NCBI GenBank assembly: GCA_016934935.1
Contig: JAFGRW010000054.1
Span: forward strand, 106,668-170,667
Origin: Spirochaetota bacterium
GTDB lineage: Bacteria; Spirochaetota; UBA4802; JAFGJZ01
DNA: 64,000 nt
Direction of reading: 5' to 3'
Shown here: in pieces, positions 60,721 through 64,000 of the stretch
Numbering within the stretch: the stretch's first letter is position 1
Layout: every line of letters starts with the position of its first letter
The notes under the pieces: generated by a model
What the model was told of the DNA's origin: nothing
Seen by the model: the letters and a program-made list of their open reading frames with translations, nothing else
The model's database searches: none
Program-made: the position numbers and the translations under genes

Positions 60721-60749
60721 TTGACGTTGAAGGTTTGCAGGGTTACAAT
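60721..60749 (+). promoter_or_regulatory. Near-consensus sigma70 promoter
   Basis: TTGACG-N17-TACAAT, 40 nt upstream of the MshEN-like gene. Confidence 0.6.
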
Positions 60750-60788
60750 AATAATTATAGTATAAATTGGTTTTAAAAGGAATATATT

Positions 60789-61052
60789 TTGAAGGTTGGT
60801 GAGTTCTTACTTGAAAATGGTCTGATAAATTCTGATCAACTTGATGAGGCGTTGCTTCTTCAGAAAGATAATCCTGACCGGGTTATCGGCGAGATTCTGG
60901 TTACTATGGGTGTTTTTTCGAAAGAAGAGCTGATAATGGCTATGGAGATGTATATGGTCAGTACCGGTTTTGATCTCAATTTTATTGATGAGTGGCTTGA
61001 TCAAGACGAGATTGATCTGCTTTCGGAAAAGATTAATAAACAGAAAATGTAA
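60789..61052 (+). CDS. Stand-alone MshEN-like (T2SSE_N) domain protein
   Basis: KVGEFLLENGLI..QL..AL..Q and VIGEILV.MG..EL..AM tandem motif. Confidence 0.75.
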   Translation: MKVGEFLLENGLINSDQLDEALLLQKDNPDRVIGEILVTMGVFSKEELIMAMEMYMVSTGFDLNFIDEWLDQDEIDLLSEKINKQKM

Positions 61053-61122
61053 AAAAAAAAGATTACAGCTATAAAAAATAAAGTTATTGACAGATAGAGT
61101 GCGATTTCTGATAGTTATTCGC

Positions 61123-61539
61123 ATGATAGAATATGAAGATAAGACCTGCTTTGGCTGTGGAGAGGGAAACCCGCGCGGCCTGCAATTAAAATTAAAATAT
61201 GATCCTGATACCAAGACTGCTTACGGTGAGTATACTGCTGGTCAGGATCTCGAAGGCCCTCCAAATATCATTCATGCCGGTATTCTAGCGGCTATTCTTG
61301 ATGAGACCATGATTATGGTGAACAAGAATATGGAAGTTGTTGCATTAACAGGAGAGATAACTGTTCGCTATTTGCAGCCGGCTTTCATAGAGGAGAATCT
61401 TTATATTCGAGGATGGCACGTGAAAAAGAATAAACGTGTTATCGAAAATCGTGCTGAAATTGAAAATGAGATGGGAAAGATTGTGGCACGTGCTAAAGGC
61501 AAGTATCTAGAGGTCGACGAAATACCTCAGCCTGAATAA
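61123..61539 (+). CDS. PaaI family hotdog-fold thioesterase
   Basis: CFGCG..NP.GL, HAGILAAILDETM and TVRYL.P motifs. Confidence 0.85.
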   Translation: MIEYEDKTCFGCGEGNPRGLQLKLKYDPDTKTAYGEYTAGQDLEGPPNIIHAGILAAILDETMIMVNKNMEVVALTGEITVRYLQPAFIEENLYIRGWHVKKNKRVIENRAEIENEMGKIVARAKGKYLEVDEIPQPE

Positions 61540-61543
61540 ATTG

Positions 61544-61627
61544 GCCGAAGTGGTGGAATTGGTAGACGCAGCGGACTCAAAATCCGCCGGAGGCAACTCT
61601 GTGGGGGTTCAAGTCCCCCCTTCGGCA
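61544..61627 (+). tRNA. tRNA-Leu(CAA)
   Basis: GCCGAAG...CTTCGGC-A acceptor stem, anticodon loop CT-CAA-AA, long variable arm. Confidence 0.95.
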
Positions 61628-61643
61628 ATAGTGATCTTAAAAC

Positions 61644-61672
61644 AAAAAAGCCGTCTTGCAGACGGTTTTTTT
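61644..61672 (+). terminator. Rho-independent terminator
   Basis: AAAAAAGCCGTCT-TGC-AGACGGTTTTTTT. Confidence 0.85.
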
Positions 61673-61782
61673 ATGTTTAAATAAAGTCTTTAAAAGGTGC
61701 TTGCATATATACGTAACTATTATGTTTTGTGGTTATCTTAACAGAAGTGTTTAAGTGAATAAATTTAATATTTGAGGTATCT

Positions 61783-63306
61783 ATGTCAGTATCGTCTTCA
61801 GATAATCAGAAAAAATTTGATGAATTTTTTCAAAGCATGGAGCAGGATATTTTTGCAAATGCGAATAGTGTACAAAAAGACGAGGGTAAACCTGTAAAGG
61901 AAACCGAATTTAGCTTTGATTTAAAACCAGAAGAGCTAGAGACGTATCTTAATAAATATGTTGTTGGACAACAAAATTCCATTGAAGTCATTGCTACAAA
62001 GGTATGTACTCATTTTAACAGGATGAAACTCGAAAAAGAACTTTCGGACGATGAACGGGTTACCGGCTCGATCAAGAGTAATATTTTGCTGATTGGACCT
62101 ACCGGAGTAGGTAAAACATATATAATAAAACTCATAGCGGATAAGATAGGTGTTCCTTTTGTAAAGGCCGATGCGACTAAATTCAGTGAAACTGGTTATG
62201 TAGGTGGTGATGTAGAGGATCTTGTTCGTGAACTTGTTCATGAAGCAGATGAGGATATTTCCAAAGCGGAATACGGAATAATATATCTTGATGAGATTGA
62301 TAAAATTGCTTCTTCTTCGAGTGGGCATGGAATTGATGTTTCGAGGTCTGGTGTTCAGCGAAATCTTTTGAAATTAATGGAAGAGGCTGATGTCGATTTA
62401 AAAACTCCTCACGATCTTGCATCACAGGTAGAAGCCGCTATGGAAGCACAGCGAACCGGGCATGTTAAGCGGAAAAAAATTAATACGCGCAATATTCTTT
62501 TTATATGTTCGGGAGCTTTTTCAGGATTACAGGACATAATAAAAAAAAGAATGAACCTTCAGGCTATAGGTTTTGATAGTGGAAATAGTGATAAGAAAGC
62601 ATTTTTAGAAACGGAAATACTGGCTGAAACACGAACTGAAGACCTTCTTGAGTACGGGTTCGAGTCAGAATTTATTGGGCGTTTGCCTGTAACCGTTGTT
62701 TTGAATGATGTTAACGAAGACGTATTGTATCAGATTCTTAAAAATCGTTACAGTACGGTAGTTAATGGTAAAAAACTCGATTTTCTGGCTTACGGTATCA
62801 GACTCTTCTTCGAAGATGAGGCTTTGCGTATATTGGCAAAGAGGGCAGCTTCGGAACATACTGGGGCAAGAGGTCTGCTTAGCGTATTTGAAAAAGTTTT
62901 GATTAAGTACGAAAAAATAATGCCGTCACTTCATTATGAAGAGCTTGTCGTTGATGCTGATCTGGTGAATAATCCGGAAAAGAAGCTAAAAGAGTTATTA
63001 TTAAATGACAATATAAAGGGATTTCAGTCTGATTTTTTGGCGGCTCATGGAATATATCTGGATTTTTCGGATGAGGCAATGGAACTTATACAACAAAGGG
63101 CTTCGGTTGAACATAAAAGTTTTAAGGCAATATGTGAAGATCTTTTTAGGGATTATGCTTATGCCATTAAATTATTAAAAAGGGAGCAGTTTACAATTAC
63201 TGCGGAGGCTGTACAAGATTCCTCAGGTTATATTGAAAGATATATTAAAGACAACTATAAAAAGAGTTCAGTGAACGTATCACAGGATGATACGGGTTCT
63301 GTTTAA
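61783..63306 (+). CDS. ClpX-like AAA+ ATPase without Zn-binding domain and with a C-terminal extension
   Basis: KSNILLIGPTGVGKT, GYVG pore loop, YLDEIDKI, IGF loop, EFIGRLP and TGARGL motifs. Confidence 0.85.
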   Translation: MSVSSSDNQKKFDEFFQSMEQDIFANANSVQKDEGKPVKETEFSFDLKPEELETYLNKYVVGQQNSIEVIATKVCTHFNRMKLEKELSDDERVTGSIKSNILLIGPTGVGKTYIIKLIADKIGVPFVKADATKFSETGYVGGDVEDLVRELVHEADEDISKAEYGIIYLDEIDKIASSSSGHGIDVSRSGVQRNLLKLMEEADVDLKTPHDLASQVEAAMEAQRTGHVKRKKINTRNILFICSGAFSGLQDIIKKRMNLQAIGFDSGNSDKKAFLETEILAETRTEDLLEYGFESEFIGRLPVTVVLNDVNEDVLYQILKNRYSTVVNGKKLDFLAYGIRLFFEDEALRILAKRAASEHTGARGLLSVFEKVLIKYEKIMPSLHYEELVVDADLVNNPEKKLKELLLNDNIKGFQSDFLAAHGIYLDFSDEAMELIQQRASVEHKSFKAICEDLFRDYAYAIKLLKREQFTITAEAVQDSSGYIERYIKDNYKKSSVNVSQDDTGSV

Positions 63307-63360
63307 GATAACGCACTAAGCTGCTTGGAATATCAGTAAATATGGACAAATAAAGTTATA

Positions 63361-63810
63361 CTATTCGATATATTTACCGAGTTCCTCGGCGTAAGCGGTA
63401 CTGTTTTTTATAAAGTCAGTTTCCCAAGCTGAAATAAATACTGAAAATGATTCTTTGTAATATGGGAGTGGATAACATGCTGTTATTACAAGGTCGTTTT
63501 GCGAGTCAATTGTGTATTTTGAGACTATCGAACTGATATTTATTCTATTTACAAGTTCAAGGTAAGCTGTCTTTTGTGATAAAGAATTTTTTTTGTGTTT
63601 AAACCAGGCACGAAGCACTATTGCTCCACGTGTTTGAATTATATCAAAACCGGGTTTGGTCGGGTGCTTTACTATTATAGTATCATTGTTGATTTTAGCA
63701 AGATAGCCAAGATATGATAGATGGTCGATGATTTTTTTATGGACTATCGACTGTTCAGCAGCATTGATATTTAAGCAGACTATGAATATTGCAATAGTCA
63801 GTTTTTTCAT
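63361..63810 (-). CDS. Exported YbjN-like domain protein
   Basis: Signal peptide MKKLTIAIF; LELVNRIN...KYTID..NDLVI pattern. GGAG RBS. Confidence 0.55.
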   Translation of the reverse strand: MKKLTIAIFIVCLNINAAEQSIVHKKIIDHLSYLGYLAKINNDTIIVKHPTKPGFDIIQTRGAIVLRAWFKHKKNSLSQKTAYLELVNRINISSIVSKYTIDSQNDLVITACYPLPYYKESFSVFISAWETDFIKNSTAYAEELGKYIE

Positions 63811-63937
63811 GTTCTCTCCCAACAGATTAGAGCTATGGATTAAGTTAATGGAGTTATTGTTTTTGTAAACGTAAAATAAATAAAAATTTCAGATAATGCT
63901 TAATTGTATGTCTGTTAAAACTGTATTTGAGGTTTTT

Positions 63938-64000
63938 ATGTTCCATTCTTATAAAAAGATAGCATTTTTTGTTTTCCTTGTTGCTATATCAAGTTTGTCC
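63938..64000 (+). CDS. 5' fragment of a probable exported protein (runs off the window)
   Basis: GAGG RBS followed by MFHSYKKIAFFVFLVAISSLS, open to the window end. Confidence 0.5.
   Translation, partial: MFHSYKKIAFFVFLVAISSLS

Overview
AT-rich, gene-dense bacterial chromosomal window made almost entirely of housekeeping genes. It holds xerD-spoIID-queA; nif3/Zn-ribbon/RNase H-like-recJ; ispF-tyrS-ECF sigma/anti-sigma; gltX-dus; three tRNAs on the minus strand; ileS-lspA-lysA; carD-PIN/TRAM; PBP1A; htrA; coaX; rimP-nusA-infB-rbfA-truB-rpsO-pnp; glyS; tRNA-Leu; and a ClpX-like ATPase. Gene styles (STAS-Zn-finger protein, split-PilZ protein, RecJ with an insertion, outer-membrane barrels, lipoproteins) suggest a diderm, probably a spirochaete; this is inference. 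I see no CRISPR array, prophage, transposase or recognisable defence island. Four signals are not explained by the gene calls. (1) An approximately 185-nt nested rod-like inverted repeat (17119-17303) lies between a sigma70-like promoter and an outer-membrane protein gene, with a 19-codon CxxC uORF on its 5' arm. (2) A modular MITE/REP-like repeat family has four copies, three of them around trmH-msrBA. (3) Several proteins look like pseudo-enzymes, keeping the fold but not the catalytic motifs (RNase H-, ThiL-, SDR- and GlgC-like). (4) There are atypical signalling and proteostasis proteins: a stand-alone MshEN, a split PilZ, a tandem pseudo-receiver, and a ClpX lacking the Zn finger but with a duplicated C-terminal domain. 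All family calls were made by eye from motifs; no database search or folding computation was run.
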